Source of the DNA: Actinomycetota bacterium
Lineage (GTDB): Bacteria; Actinomycetota; Acidimicrobiia; IMCC26256; VFJJ01
Direction: 5' to 3'
DNA: 64,000 nucleotides
Assembly (NCBI GenBank): GCA_009886115.1
Contig: VFJJ01000001.1
Location: 1-64,000, forward strand
The first letter of the stretch is position 1. The number at the start of each line of letters is the position of its first letter. The position numbers and the translations under genes are program-made. Under the pieces are notes generated by a model. The model made no database searches, was not told where the DNA came from, and was given only the letters and a program-made list of their open reading frames with translations. Positions 8,890-18,492 of the stretch are shown here, piece by piece.

Positions 8890-10323
8890 GTGGGAGCGAG
8901 CGACGGTGTCGGTGGGGACGAGAGCGATGAGGCCCGGCTCGTCCGGTGGATCGAACGGGAGCTGCGGGGCACCGTGAGGGGGATCACCCGGATCGCTCGC
9001 TGGCGGCCGGCATGGGACATCGACGTGGAGATCGGCGGCCGGGTCGTCGCTCTTCACGCTCGAGGTGAGCGTGAACGGTCGATGCTCATGCCGTTCCGCA
9101 TCGCCGACGAGGCGGTGGTGCACGATCTGCTGGAGGCGCACGGGCTACCCGTCCCCCACGCCTACGGCATCTGCGACGACCCGAGGACCCTCGTGATGGA
9201 CCGGCTGCCCGGTCACGTCGAGATGTCGTTTGCTTCGAGCGACACTGAGCGAGAGCGACTGATCGACGAGTACCTCGAGCTCCTCGCCCGGGTGTACTCG
9301 ATCCCCGTTCCTGCGGCCGCCGCGTCCGGTCTCGACGTGCCCGCCGACGACGCCGCGACGGCGCTCGGGTACTTCCGGCGGATCGAGGCCGACTACGACC
9401 CGCTGATGGCGGAGTTACCGGTCGACCCGATGGTCGCGTTCTTCCGCCGGTGGCTGACGGAGCACGCCCCGCCCGGCCGCCATGGCCAGGCTCGCTTCAT
9501 CCTCTACGACGCCTTCCAGTTCATGTTCGCCGACGGACGGATCACCGGTCTGCTCGACTTCGAGCTGGCCCATGTCGGCGATCCGATGATGGACCTCGCG
9601 GCACTGCGGGTGCGCGACACCATCAAGAGCATCGGCGATCTCGCCAAGCTGGCGGCACGCTACGAGCGGATCACCGGCATTACCGTCGACCACGACGTCG
9701 TCGAGTACCACTGCGTGCTCTACAACGTGCTGTCGGTGATCTCGACCCGACCGGCACTGGCCGTTCCGGCGCCCGGCACCGACTGGTTGTCGTACCTCGC
9801 CTGGTACACCAACGGCGCCCGCTGGGCCTTCGAGGTGATCGCCGAGATGGGCGGCTACGAGCTCGCACCGGTGGCGATCCCCGAGCCCCGCCCGACCCGC
9901 CACGCGCCCGCCGTGCGTCATCTGGTGGACGGTCTCCGCACAGCCAGCGCTCCGGCGACCGGTGCGGAATACGAACGTGTGGCCCTGGGCAAGTTGGCGA
10001 ACCACCTCCGGCGCCTCGACGAGGTCGGGCCGGCCTTCGACGAGGCCGATGTACGGGACCTGGCCGAGGTGCTGGGCCACCGCCCCGAACCCGGCGACGC
10101 CGACGCCGCGCTCATCGACCTCGTGAACGATGCCGGACCAGGGCGCGAGGAGGAGCTCGTCCGTTTGCTTGACGCGCGGGCGCAGCGCATGCAGCTGACG
10201 TTGGCGTCGCCGAGCTCGCTCATGGTGCGCCATCCGAAGCTCCGGAGCCTGCGCGCCGACCGTCCATCGGTGCGCGGCGCCGACGACAGTTGGCCCGCCG
10301 GCGCCATCCCGGGGACCGCCTGA
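8890..10323 (+). CDS. APH/choline-kinase-like phosphotransferase family protein
   Basis: LPVPHAYG, LVMDRLPG and LLDFELAHVGDPMMDLA motifs; start codon uncertain. Confidence 0.85.
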   Translation: MGASDGVGGDESDEARLVRWIERELRGTVRGITRIARWRPAWDIDVEIGGRVVALHARGERERSMLMPFRIADEAVVHDLLEAHGLPVPHAYGICDDPRTLVMDRLPGHVEMSFASSDTERERLIDEYLELLARVYSIPVPAAAASGLDVPADDAATALGYFRRIEADYDPLMAELPVDPMVAFFRRWLTEHAPPGRHGQARFILYDAFQFMFADGRITGLLDFELAHVGDPMMDLAALRVRDTIKSIGDLAKLAARYERITGITVDHDVVEYHCVLYNVLSVISTRPALAVPAPGTDWLSYLAWYTNGARWAFEVIAEMGGYELAPVAIPEPRPTRHAPAVRHLVDGLRTASAPATGAEYERVALGKLANHLRRLDEVGPAFDEADVRDLAEVLGHRPEPGDADAALIDLVNDAGPGREEELVRLLDARAQRMQLTLASPSSLMVRHPKLRSLRADRPSVRGADDSWPAGAIPGTA

Positions 10324-10349
10324 CACCGAGCGCGCCGATCGCTCGCGTC

Positions 10350-11561
10350 TCAGGGGAGGACGAGGGGCAGGGTTTCCCAGCCTCGGACGGTTGAGGTGGG
10401 CGCGAGCCGGGCGTCGTCGAGGTCGACGTCCCACTCGGGGAAACGTGACAGGAGCTCGTCGAGGGCGACGTGTCCTTCGAGACGGGCCAGGGCGGCTCCG
10501 AGGCAGAAGTGCGGACCGAAGCCGAACGTCAGGTGCGAGCTGATCGTGCGGTGGATGTCGAACCGGTCCGGGTCGTCATACATGCGGTCGTCGCGATTGG
10601 CGGCGCCGGGCAGGAACAAGATGGCGGCACCTTCGGGGAGGGTGTGGCCGTGGAGCTCGGTCTCGGTGGCGACGCACCGGCCGACATGGGGGGCCGGGGG
10701 TTCGAAGCGGAGGATCTCCTCGATGGCGTTGGGGATGAGGGATCGGTCGGCGACGAGCTCTCGGCGTTGATCGGGATGCTCGGCGAGCACCTTGGCCGTC
10801 CATCCGATGAGGCGGGTGGTGGTCTCATTGCCGGCGCCGGCGACCACCTCGACGTAGGTGAGGACCTCCTGGCGGCTGAGGCGTCGGCGGGCACCGGTCT
10901 CGTCCTCGAACTCGGCGTTCATCAGGTCGGTCATGATGTCGTCGGACGGGTGCTCGGCTCGCCAATCGAGGTAGTCGGCGAACATGGCGCCGGTGACGAA
11001 GCTCTCCTGCGAGACCTTCATCGCCTCGCCCGCCTGGGTTCGTAGGTTGGCGTCGGTGCGGTCACGGATGGCTTCCTGGTCGGCCTCGGGGATACCGATG
11101 AGCATCCCGATCACACGCATCGGCATGCGGGCGGCCAGCTCCGCGACGATGTCGAAGCGATCGGCCCCGACGAGCGGGTCGAGGCACGCGGCGGTGAAGG
11201 CGCGGATCTGCGGCTCGAGCGCGGCCACCTTCCTCGGGGTGAACACCCGGGACATGAGGCCCCGGTGGATGGTGTGGGTCGGCGGATCCTCGAAGATCAC
11301 GATGCCGGACGGCATCTGGATGTTGGCCTTGATGAGCTCGAGGATGCCTCCACGCCCGGAGATGAACGTCGCCCGGTCGACGAGGCCCCGTTCGACGTCG
11401 GCGTACCGGCTCACGGCGTAGAAATCGTGCTGCTCGTTGTAGTACAGCGGCGCTTCGTCACGGAGTCGACGGAACGTCGGATACGGATCGGCGTTGATCT
11501 CGACGTCGTACGGGTCATAAGCGACGTCGTGGAGATCGCTTCGTTGCGTGGTCGGCGGCAC
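10350..11561 (-). CDS. Cytochrome P450 (close paralog of 5013-6236)
   Basis: AGNETT, EILR, FGFGPHFCLG; many segments are shared with the first P450. Confidence 0.97.
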   Translation of the reverse strand: MPPTTQRSDLHDVAYDPYDVEINADPYPTFRRLRDEAPLYYNEQHDFYAVSRYADVERGLVDRATFISGRGGILELIKANIQMPSGIVIFEDPPTHTIHRGLMSRVFTPRKVAALEPQIRAFTAACLDPLVGADRFDIVAELAARMPMRVIGMLIGIPEADQEAIRDRTDANLRTQAGEAMKVSQESFVTGAMFADYLDWRAEHPSDDIMTDLMNAEFEDETGARRRLSRQEVLTYVEVVAGAGNETTTRLIGWTAKVLAEHPDQRRELVADRSLIPNAIEEILRFEPPAPHVGRCVATETELHGHTLPEGAAILFLPGAANRDDRMYDDPDRFDIHRTISSHLTFGFGPHFCLGAALARLEGHVALDELLSRFPEWDVDLDDARLAPTSTVRGWETLPLVLP

Positions 11562-11585
11562 TGTCGGCTCCTTACCTCAGAGGGC

Positions 11586-12341
11586 TCAGCGGGCCGTCCA
11601 CCGAGGTGGACGCTTCTCGAGGAACGCCAGCACGCCCTCGCGCTGGTCCTCGGTACCGGCGATCGCCTGCATCGCCCGCTGCGTCGCCTCCCAGCCGTCG
11701 CCGTCGCTCGCGCTGATGATCTCGTCGATCGCCCGCAGGCACGCCTGCACCGACATCGGTGCGTTCGTGCAGATCCGCTCGGCCAGAGCCACCGCGGCGT
11801 CGACCGCAGCGCCCGGCTCGGTCAACTCGTTCACCACGCCGGCCGCATGCAAGCGGGCAGCCGACATCGGCATCCCCGTGAGAACCATCTCGCGCGCCAG
11901 GTTGAGGGGCAGCGCCCGGGGAGCCCGGAAGAGCCCGGCACATGTCGGCAGGAGGCCCCGGGCCACCTCCGGCAGACCGAACGTGGCTTCGCGGGAGGCG
12001 ACGACGAGGTCGCAGGCGAGCACGATCTCGAAGCCCCCGCCGAGCGCGAACCCCTCCACCGCGGCGATCAACGGCTTGGAGCGCTTCCGGCGGATGATCC
12101 CGTACTCGCCGCCGCGTTCGGTCAGATAGTCGCCGTTGCTCGTGAGATCGCTGCCCGCGCTGAACACCATGGCGGTGCCGGTGAGCACGCCGGCCCAGAG
12201 CTCTGGATCGTCGTCGATCATCGAGAGCGCAGCATCGAGCTCGTCGGCGAGAGCCCGGTCGATCGCGTTGCGCTTGTGGTAACGGTTCATCGCCACGACC
12301 ATCACATGGCCGATACGGGTCGTGGTCACGAGATCGCTCAT
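11586..12341 (-). CDS. Enoyl-CoA hydratase/isomerase (crotonase)
   Basis: FSAGSDL, ALGGGFE and FGLPE motifs. Confidence 0.95.
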   Translation of the reverse strand: MSDLVTTTRIGHVMVVAMNRYHKRNAIDRALADELDAALSMIDDDPELWAGVLTGTAMVFSAGSDLTSNGDYLTERGGEYGIIRRKRSKPLIAAVEGFALGGGFEIVLACDLVVASREATFGLPEVARGLLPTCAGLFRAPRALPLNLAREMVLTGMPMSAARLHAAGVVNELTEPGAAVDAAVALAERICTNAPMSVQACLRAIDEIISASDGDGWEATQRAMQAIAGTEDQREGVLAFLEKRPPRWTAR

Positions 12342-12393
12342 GTGGTCACCTGGGTGGGAGAGTTACTGGGGGCGTTGGGCGCGCATACCGGGG

Positions 12394-13527
12394 CTACGAG
12401 GTCCAGACCTTGGGCTCGCGCAGGTGACCGCGCAGATGGGTCTTCATCGGATCGACGTCGTCGAACTGGCGGGCGACGAGATAACCGGTTCCCATCCAAC
12501 CCCGCCGGGTCCACTTACCGTACGAGATGCGGGTTCCCGGGGCGCCACTGGCTGCCGGCAGCATCTTCACCCGTTCGAGCGACTCGCAGACCCCACGCGG
12601 CGAAAGCGGCTTGGCATCGGCGAGAGCGTTCACGACGATGGTGGCGAAGTCGCGCGACACGCCGGGCGTGTAATAGGCCGGGCGACGGCCGTAGCGCTGC
12701 TCGAACCGGTCGAGGAACTCCACGGCGAGCGGGTTCTGCTCGTCGTAGAGATCGAGCCCGATCCAACCGAGGTACGCCTCTCTCACCGAGCGCGAGATGA
12801 ACGCGTCCTGCCAGGCGGTGCCGGTGTAACGGGGCGGCGACCAGTCGAGCTCGGCCAGCGCCGCGTTGAGCCGCACCACACCGAAGCCGAAGCCCAGGCT
12901 CACGATGGCATCGGGGGCGGCCGCGTGCAGACGGGCTGCGGTGGCTGACATGTCGTGGTCGGTGGTGGGGATGCGCTCCTCGATCACGAGCGTGAGGCCC
13001 TCGACCTTGGCGGCCCGGCGCAAGAAGCCGAGGTACTGCTCGCCGATGAGTGACTCCTCGACCAGCACGGCGACGCGACGGTGGCCGGCGTGGGCCATGA
13101 GGTTGGCGAGCACGTACGGCTCGTCGGGCAACGAGCCGGACGACAGGCCGAAGGTCCACTGGCCGAGCCAGTCGTCGCTCCCGCACCACGAGATCGCCGG
13201 CGTCCGGCCTTCTCGCTCCAGGTACTCACGAATGGGGATGGCGTTCTCCGACACCATGGGGCCGATGATGACGAGGCACCCTTGGTCGACCAGCGCCCGG
13301 GTCGCGTCGATCGCCGACTTCACGGAGCCCCGCGGCAGCCCCTCGCCCGTGCGGAACACGACCTCGACGGGACGGTCGAGCAACCCCGACGAGTGGGCGT
13401 CGTCGAAGACGAGCTGGATCGAGTCGAAGAAGTCGCGCTCGAAGTTCCACTCGTCGGGCGCAGGCGGGAACACGAAGTCGAACAAGACCCCGACCTTGAT
13501 CGACTGCTTCGCTCCGGCGATCGACAC
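12394..13527 (-). CDS. LivK/AmiC-type (PBP1) ligand-binding protein with no signal peptide
   Basis: IKVGVL...LVDQGCLVIIGP type-1 periplasmic-binding fold pattern; no hydrophobic N-terminus or lipobox. Confidence 0.8.
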   Translation of the reverse strand: MSIAGAKQSIKVGVLFDFVFPPAPDEWNFERDFFDSIQLVFDDAHSSGLLDRPVEVVFRTGEGLPRGSVKSAIDATRALVDQGCLVIIGPMVSENAIPIREYLEREGRTPAISWCGSDDWLGQWTFGLSSGSLPDEPYVLANLMAHAGHRRVAVLVEESLIGEQYLGFLRRAAKVEGLTLVIEERIPTTDHDMSATAARLHAAAPDAIVSLGFGFGVVRLNAALAELDWSPPRYTGTAWQDAFISRSVREAYLGWIGLDLYDEQNPLAVEFLDRFEQRYGRRPAYYTPGVSRDFATIVVNALADAKPLSPRGVCESLERVKMLPAASGAPGTRISYGKWTRRGWMGTGYLVARQFDDVDPMKTHLRGHLREPKVWTS

Positions 13528-13698
13528 AGCGCACCCTTCCCTCAGCCCTCGTGATCACGGTTCGGGGCGTGCTCGGCCATCGCCCTCGGCCGGATCGTAC
13601 GGCGTCCCTGGTCTCCGGTGCCTCTGGTGCGACACGGCCCAGCGAGCGAGCACGGTGAACCGGTATCAGGAGGAGGATCCGAGATCGGCTACGGCGCC

Positions 13699-13806
13699 GT
13701 GATCGAGGTCGGTCAGGCTCAACCCCGGCGACTCGAGGGGTGGAGCCGCCGACGTCTACGAGCGCACCGTCTCTGACGTCTATTCGTATCTGTCCGGCCG
13801 GGTTGA
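13699..13806 (+). pseudogene. Possible N-terminal relic of an ECF sigma factor
   Basis: 13748-13806 translates to ADVYERTVSDVYSYLSGRV, resembling the start of ECF region 2; the upstream GTG at 13699 is out of frame. Confidence 0.35.
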
Positions 13807-13862
13807 GTTTGAACCAGATAGTCTCGAGTTTTCCCTTGTGTTTGTTGGGGATTCTGGTATCA

Positions 13863-13878
13863 TCGAACATATGTTCGA
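13863..13878. promoter_or_regulatory. LexA SOS box (actinobacterial TCGAAC-N4-GTTCGA) overlapping a leaderless start
   Basis: Perfect TCGAACATATGTTCGA; -10 TATCAT at 13858-13863; ATG at 13871 lies inside the box. Confidence 0.85.
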
Positions 13879-15052
13879 GGTGTTGCGAGAGGCAGTCGAG
13901 ACACTGGAGATACCGGCCACCGGCGATGCGCTGCGCGCGGTGTGGCGCCTGGTGGATCAGGTCACGGCCCGGGCCAGGGAAGCGACGGCCGAGTTCGACG
14001 CGCTCGACGGTCCGGCCGCCGAGGGAGCGTTGTCGACGGGGTCGTGGTTGAAGCACCACACGGGGATGGACGACGCGGTTGCCGGCCGGCACCTGAAGGC
14101 CGGGCGACGGTTGCGGCACTGGCCGGTCACCGCGGCGGCGGCACGATCCGGGGAGCTGTCGGCTTCGCAGGTTGAGGTGATCTGCGCCCAGGTACCCGCC
14201 CGTTCAGTCGAACGGTGGGCCGAGCATGAGGCGATCATGGTTCCCGAGATGATCGGTGGCGACGTTGCCCAGTCCAGGGTGGCGATGACCCGGTGGCGGC
14301 AGCTCATCGACGGTGTCGACGACGAGAAACCGCCGGTCGAACGGAACGATCTGTATCTGTCGGTTCTGCCTGATGGCCGCCAGCGAATCGACGGGAACCT
14401 CGACCACAAGACCGGTGCCGTGGTCGGCGACGCGATCCGGGCCGCGATGCGTCCCGACCTCGAGGGTGAACCCGAGCGCACACCGTCCCGCCGGCGCGCT
14501 GACGCGCTCGGTGATATCTGCGCCTTCTGGCTCGCCCACCAGAGCACCCCACCCACGGCCCGGCAACGACCCAGCGCGCACGTCGTGATCGACTGGGATG
14601 CGCTCGCCGGCTCGGGTCGACCCGGGACGAGTCACTGGGCCGACGGGACCCCGATCTCCAACGCGGCGATCGCCCAGGTGCTGTGCGACGCCAACGTCCA
14701 CCGGCTCATCGTCACCGGCGTCAGCACCATCCTCGATTACGGGCGAGGCACGAAAGCCGTCCCGCCCAACCTCTGGATCGTCATCGCGTTACGCGACCGG
14801 CACTGCCGCTTCCCGGGATGTGACGTTCCGAGCCCCCGTTGCGACGCGCACCATGTCGTGCACTGGCTCCACGGTGGCCCCACGAATCCGACCAATATCG
14901 TGCTGCTGTGCGAACGGCATCACACGGTCATCCACCTTCCCGGCTATCAGATGAAGCTTCTCCCTGACGCCACCGTCGAGGTCACCCTCCCCACCGGCCG
15001 CACCCTCACCAGCCACCCACCACCCCTCACCGGAACAGGCGCGGGACCATGA
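13871..15052 (+). CDS. DUF222 (13E12 repeat family) HNH endonuclease
   Basis: RTPSRRRADAL, LCDA, RDRHCRFPGC...CDAHHVVHW...GGPT...N...LLCERHH. Confidence 0.93.
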   Translation: MFEVLREAVETLEIPATGDALRAVWRLVDQVTARAREATAEFDALDGPAAEGALSTGSWLKHHTGMDDAVAGRHLKAGRRLRHWPVTAAAARSGELSASQVEVICAQVPARSVERWAEHEAIMVPEMIGGDVAQSRVAMTRWRQLIDGVDDEKPPVERNDLYLSVLPDGRQRIDGNLDHKTGAVVGDAIRAAMRPDLEGEPERTPSRRRADALGDICAFWLAHQSTPPTARQRPSAHVVIDWDALAGSGRPGTSHWADGTPISNAAIAQVLCDANVHRLIVTGVSTILDYGRGTKAVPPNLWIVIALRDRHCRFPGCDVPSPRCDAHHVVHWLHGGPTNPTNIVLLCERHHTVIHLPGYQMKLLPDATVEVTLPTGRTLTSHPPPLTGTGAGP

Positions 15053-15206
15053 GACGATGGGGTTCTCGCGCCGGGTCGATTTTGTCGCGGCGTGGTCGGC
15101 ATGTGAGAGTGAGTGCTCTCGAGCGAGGAGGGGCCATGTGCGCCGTTGTCATGAGCGCCGACGAGGCTGCGGGGTTGCCGACCGCGCACTCGACGGGGGA
15201 GCTGCC

Positions 15207-16184
15207 GTGATCCGTTGGGGGATCGCCGGTCCGGGGGACATCGCCGATCGCTTCGCGCAAGCGATGTCGCGCGTCGATGACGGGCAGGTGGTGGCCGTGG
15301 CGTCGCGCTCGGCCGATCGGGCGAACGTCTTCGCCGATCGCTACGACGTAACCGGCCGGTACGATGATTACCGGGCCCTCGCCGACGACCCGACCGTCGA
15401 TGCCGTCTACGTGGCGACGCCGCACACGCGCCACGAGGCCGACACGTTGATGTACCTCGATGCCGGCAAGCACGTGCTGTGCGAGAAGCCGTTCGCCCTC
15501 AACGCCACGCAGGCCCGGCACATGGTCGAGGCCGCCGCCGACGCCGGCGTGTTCTTGATGGAGGCGATCTGGAGCCGCTTCCTGCCCTCGTACCGGACCC
15601 TCGTCGAGGTGATCGGCGTCGGGCGCATCGGCACGCCGCTGCAGGTCGACGCCGACTTCGGTCGCCGCATGCCCGTCGACCCCACCCATCGCATGTTCGA
15701 CCTCCACCAGGGTGGCGGCGCCCTGCTCGACCTCGGCATCTACCCGATCCAGCTCTGCACGCTGGTGCTCGGACCGATCGAGCACGTCGTCGCTGCAGGG
15801 ATCCTGGGCGAGACCGGGGTCGACGAGCAGGTCGCCGCGGTCCTGCGCCACGAGCGCGGTGGGATCGGGGTCGTCAAGGCGGCGATCAGGGCGCCGCTGA
15901 CCTGCACCGCCCGCATCAACGGTACCGACGGGTGGATCGAGCTGCCGGCCTTCATGCACTGCCCGGTCTCGTTCTCGATCGGCGCGTACGGCGCCGACCC
16001 TGAGGTCGTCGATTGCGCGTTCGAGGGAGACGGGCTCGAGTTTGAGATCGCCGAGGTGCACCGCTGCCTCGCCGCCGGTCTCACCGAGAGCCCGACCATG
16101 CCACTCGCCGAGACCGTGGCCCTGGCCGCCACGATGGACGACATCCGCTCCCAGATCGGGCTCGTATATCCGGCCGAGTGCTGA
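15207..16184 (+). CDS. Gfo/Idh/MocA family oxidoreductase
   Basis: IRWGIAGPGDIA, CEKP and GGGALLDLGIYP motifs. Confidence 0.93.
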   Translation: MIRWGIAGPGDIADRFAQAMSRVDDGQVVAVASRSADRANVFADRYDVTGRYDDYRALADDPTVDAVYVATPHTRHEADTLMYLDAGKHVLCEKPFALNATQARHMVEAAADAGVFLMEAIWSRFLPSYRTLVEVIGVGRIGTPLQVDADFGRRMPVDPTHRMFDLHQGGGALLDLGIYPIQLCTLVLGPIEHVVAAGILGETGVDEQVAAVLRHERGGIGVVKAAIRAPLTCTARINGTDGWIELPAFMHCPVSFSIGAYGADPEVVDCAFEGDGLEFEIAEVHRCLAAGLTESPTMPLAETVALAATMDDIRSQIGLVYPAEC

Positions 16185-16185
16185 A

Positions 16186-16431
16186 GCGCCACGGACGTCT
16201 CCATGTCCACCGTTGTCCGGCTTCGTTCGCGATGTACCCCCCTGAGGCGCCGTTGGGCCCGCCACCGCACTCGCCCACCACGACCCAGGTCCCGTCGGGC
16301 AGCACCCGGCTGAGCGCACCACCCTCGATCTCGACCACGAGCACCGTTCCGGCCTCGGCCGCAACGGGCCCTTCGGGGAACCGCAACCCCGTGGTCGCCG
16401 TCCGCAGCGATGCCATGTCGAACGTCGTCAT
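16186..16431 (-). pseudogene. SMP-30/gluconolactonase family, N-terminal fragment
   Basis: GLRFPEGP...VEIEGG...GGGPNGA, after which similarity is lost and the ORF runs into the convergent gene; far shorter than a ~300 aa beta-propeller. Confidence 0.7.
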
Positions 16432-17327
16432 CGGGGCACGCTCCCGGTGGCCCCGGTGGTCTCGGTGACGCCGCTGTGGGACGGATCATGCTCCGGCATG
16501 TGCGCCTGCATCATCGCCGTGCCGAAGTCGTCGAAGGTGTGGGGGAGATCGCCGATCGGCGCGGTGGGCATCACCGCGATCGTCTCGTACTGGTAGCCCG
16601 CGGGAAGGGTCACCGCAGCGACGACCGCATCGGCGACCATCTCGGGCGTCATGAGCCCGGCATGACGCAAGAGACCGCGGCGGAACCAGTGCTCGCTCGC
16701 CGGGCCCATCCGCCCGGTCGTGAGCTCGCGGGTCGCGAAGTCGGTTCCGCCGGTCTCGCCGCAGCGCAGCATCGTGACGCGTATGCCCGTGCCTTCGAGC
16801 TCCAGGCGCAGCGTGCGGGCCGCCTGCTCGACTCCGGCGTTCGCCGCGGCGTACGGGAGGTGGAACGGCCAGGGCTGCACCGCGGCCAACGACGTGATGA
16901 AGAGGATGTCGCCGCCGTTGCCTCCCCGGCGCATGGTCTGGATGCCCAGACGAGCCATGTAGAGCGACCCGAGCAGCTTCGTCGCGACCTCGGCCTCGAT
17001 CTCCTCGGGTGAGAAGTCGTCGAGCGGACCGTAGCGAGCCGTCGCTGCGTTGTTGACCACGACAGAGATCGCGCCCAGCTCGACTTCGACGGCGCCGAAG
17101 AAGCGCTCCACCGACGCCGGGTCGGTGACGTCGAGCGGATGAGCCGCACAGGTGCCGCCCGCCTGCTCGACGAGCGCTGCGGTGTCGGCGAGGAGCTCGA
17201 CACGTCGGCCGCCGACGCCGACCCGCCAGCCCAGCGAGCCGAGCTTGGCGGCGATCGCCTGGCCGATACCCGTCCCCGCACCGCTGATCACCGCGACGCG
17301 ATCACGTTTCCGATCGAGCTCGGTCAT
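16428..17327 (-). CDS. SDR family oxidoreductase
   Basis: SGAGTGIG, NNAA; catalytic motif reads YAAAN (Lys replaced by Asn); ATGA overlap with the upstream LLM gene. Confidence 0.88.
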   Translation of the reverse strand: MTELDRKRDRVAVISGAGTGIGQAIAAKLGSLGWRVGVGGRRVELLADTAALVEQAGGTCAAHPLDVTDPASVERFFGAVEVELGAISVVVNNAATARYGPLDDFSPEEIEAEVATKLLGSLYMARLGIQTMRRGGNGGDILFITSLAAVQPWPFHLPYAAANAGVEQAARTLRLELEGTGIRVTMLRCGETGGTDFATRELTTGRMGPASEHWFRRGLLRHAGLMTPEMVADAVVAAVTLPAGYQYETIAVMPTAPIGDLPHTFDDFGTAMMQAHMPEHDPSHSGVTETTGATGSVPR

Positions 17328-18385
17328 CGGACGCCCCCGCTCCCGACGGTGTGGCGGTATTCGGCGACGATGGGCGCCAGCTCGGCCGGGGTGGCTCCGT
17401 GCATGATCACGCCGTCGCAGCCCAGGGCGAGCTGGTTGCGGATCGCGGCGACGCACCGCTCGGGGGTGCCGGTGGCCGCGGGCGCCAGCCACTCGTCGGG
17501 GATGAGTGTGGCGGCATGCGCGAGCTGATCGGGGGTGCCCACGACGTCGAGGCCGCGGACCTTGGCGATGACGGGGTCGGCGAGGAAGCGCTCGAGCACC
17601 GACGGATCCCAGTTGTTGGTGCGTACAAGGAGGGCGCCGTAGCCCTGGAGGTAGGTGCCGAGGCGGCCGACGAGCTTCATCAGCCGCTTGTCCTCGGGGA
17701 TGTGGTCGCCGATCGTGGCGAAGCACGACCAGACCTTCACCGCATCGGGGTCGCGCCCGGCCTGCTCGGCTGCCTGCTTGACGGTGCGCACACAGCGGGC
17801 GGTCGTCTCGTCGGTGAAGAACGTGTGCAGCACGACCTCGTCGAAGCAGCGGCCGGCGAGCTCGAGGGTGTGCTCGCCGAACGCGACGAGCCCCATCGGG
17901 AGGTGCTCGTCGAGTGACGGGTCGAGCGCCAGGACGGGCCATGATCCGGCCGGGCCGTTGTGGCCGATGATCGTCTCGCCGCGGAACAGGCGCCGCATGA
18001 GCCCGGCGAAGTCGTCGAGCTGCGCCGTCGTGATGCGGGGAATGCCATAGGCGTCTTGCATCGCAGGGATGCCCCGCCCCAACCCGAGCACGAACCGCCC
18101 GCCGGTGAGGCTCTGCATCGTTCGGGCGTAGCCGGCGGTGACGAGCGGATGGCGGGTGTTGTGGTTGGTCGCCGCCGTCGAGATGGTGATGCGTTCGCTC
18201 ACGGCACCGGCCGCGCCCGAGAGGGTCGCGATCTCCTTCTTGTTGTACCGCTCGGAGATGAATGCGGTGCCGAGCCCGAGCGCCTCGGCCTCGATGACCT
18301 CGGCCACGAGCTCGCGTGAGGAGCTCGGCTGGCCCGCCAACGTGTAGAACCCGAGCCGCTCCAGCACCGTCGTGTCGTCGGTCAT
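17324..18385 (-). CDS. LLM class F420-dependent oxidoreductase (TIGR03857/MSMEG_2249-like)
   Basis: LGFYTLAG, FISERYNKKE, ATNHNTRHP, GRFVLGLGRG, VVLHTFFTDE. Confidence 0.88.
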   Translation of the reverse strand: MTDDTTVLERLGFYTLAGQPSSSRELVAEVIEAEALGLGTAFISERYNKKEIATLSGAAGAVSERITISTAATNHNTRHPLVTAGYARTMQSLTGGRFVLGLGRGIPAMQDAYGIPRITTAQLDDFAGLMRRLFRGETIIGHNGPAGSWPVLALDPSLDEHLPMGLVAFGEHTLELAGRCFDEVVLHTFFTDETTARCVRTVKQAAEQAGRDPDAVKVWSCFATIGDHIPEDKRLMKLVGRLGTYLQGYGALLVRTNNWDPSVLERFLADPVIAKVRGLDVVGTPDQLAHAATLIPDEWLAPAATGTPERCVAAIRNQLALGCDGVIMHGATPAELAPIVAEYRHTVGSGGVR

Positions 18386-18492
18386 CGTCACTCTCCCCCG
18401 TTGGCGGCGGCGTCTCCGCGGCCTGATCGGGCGATTCTCGTCGATCCTGATGGACGGTGCTCCGCCGGCGGTCGGCGTCGCCCGGTCGTCGC

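Noticed and set aside
13842..13863. PafBC/RecA-NDp promoter upstream of the DUF222 gene
   Set aside because: TGTTGG differs from TGTCGG and the spacing to TATCAT is 9 rather than 10 nt; not enough support.
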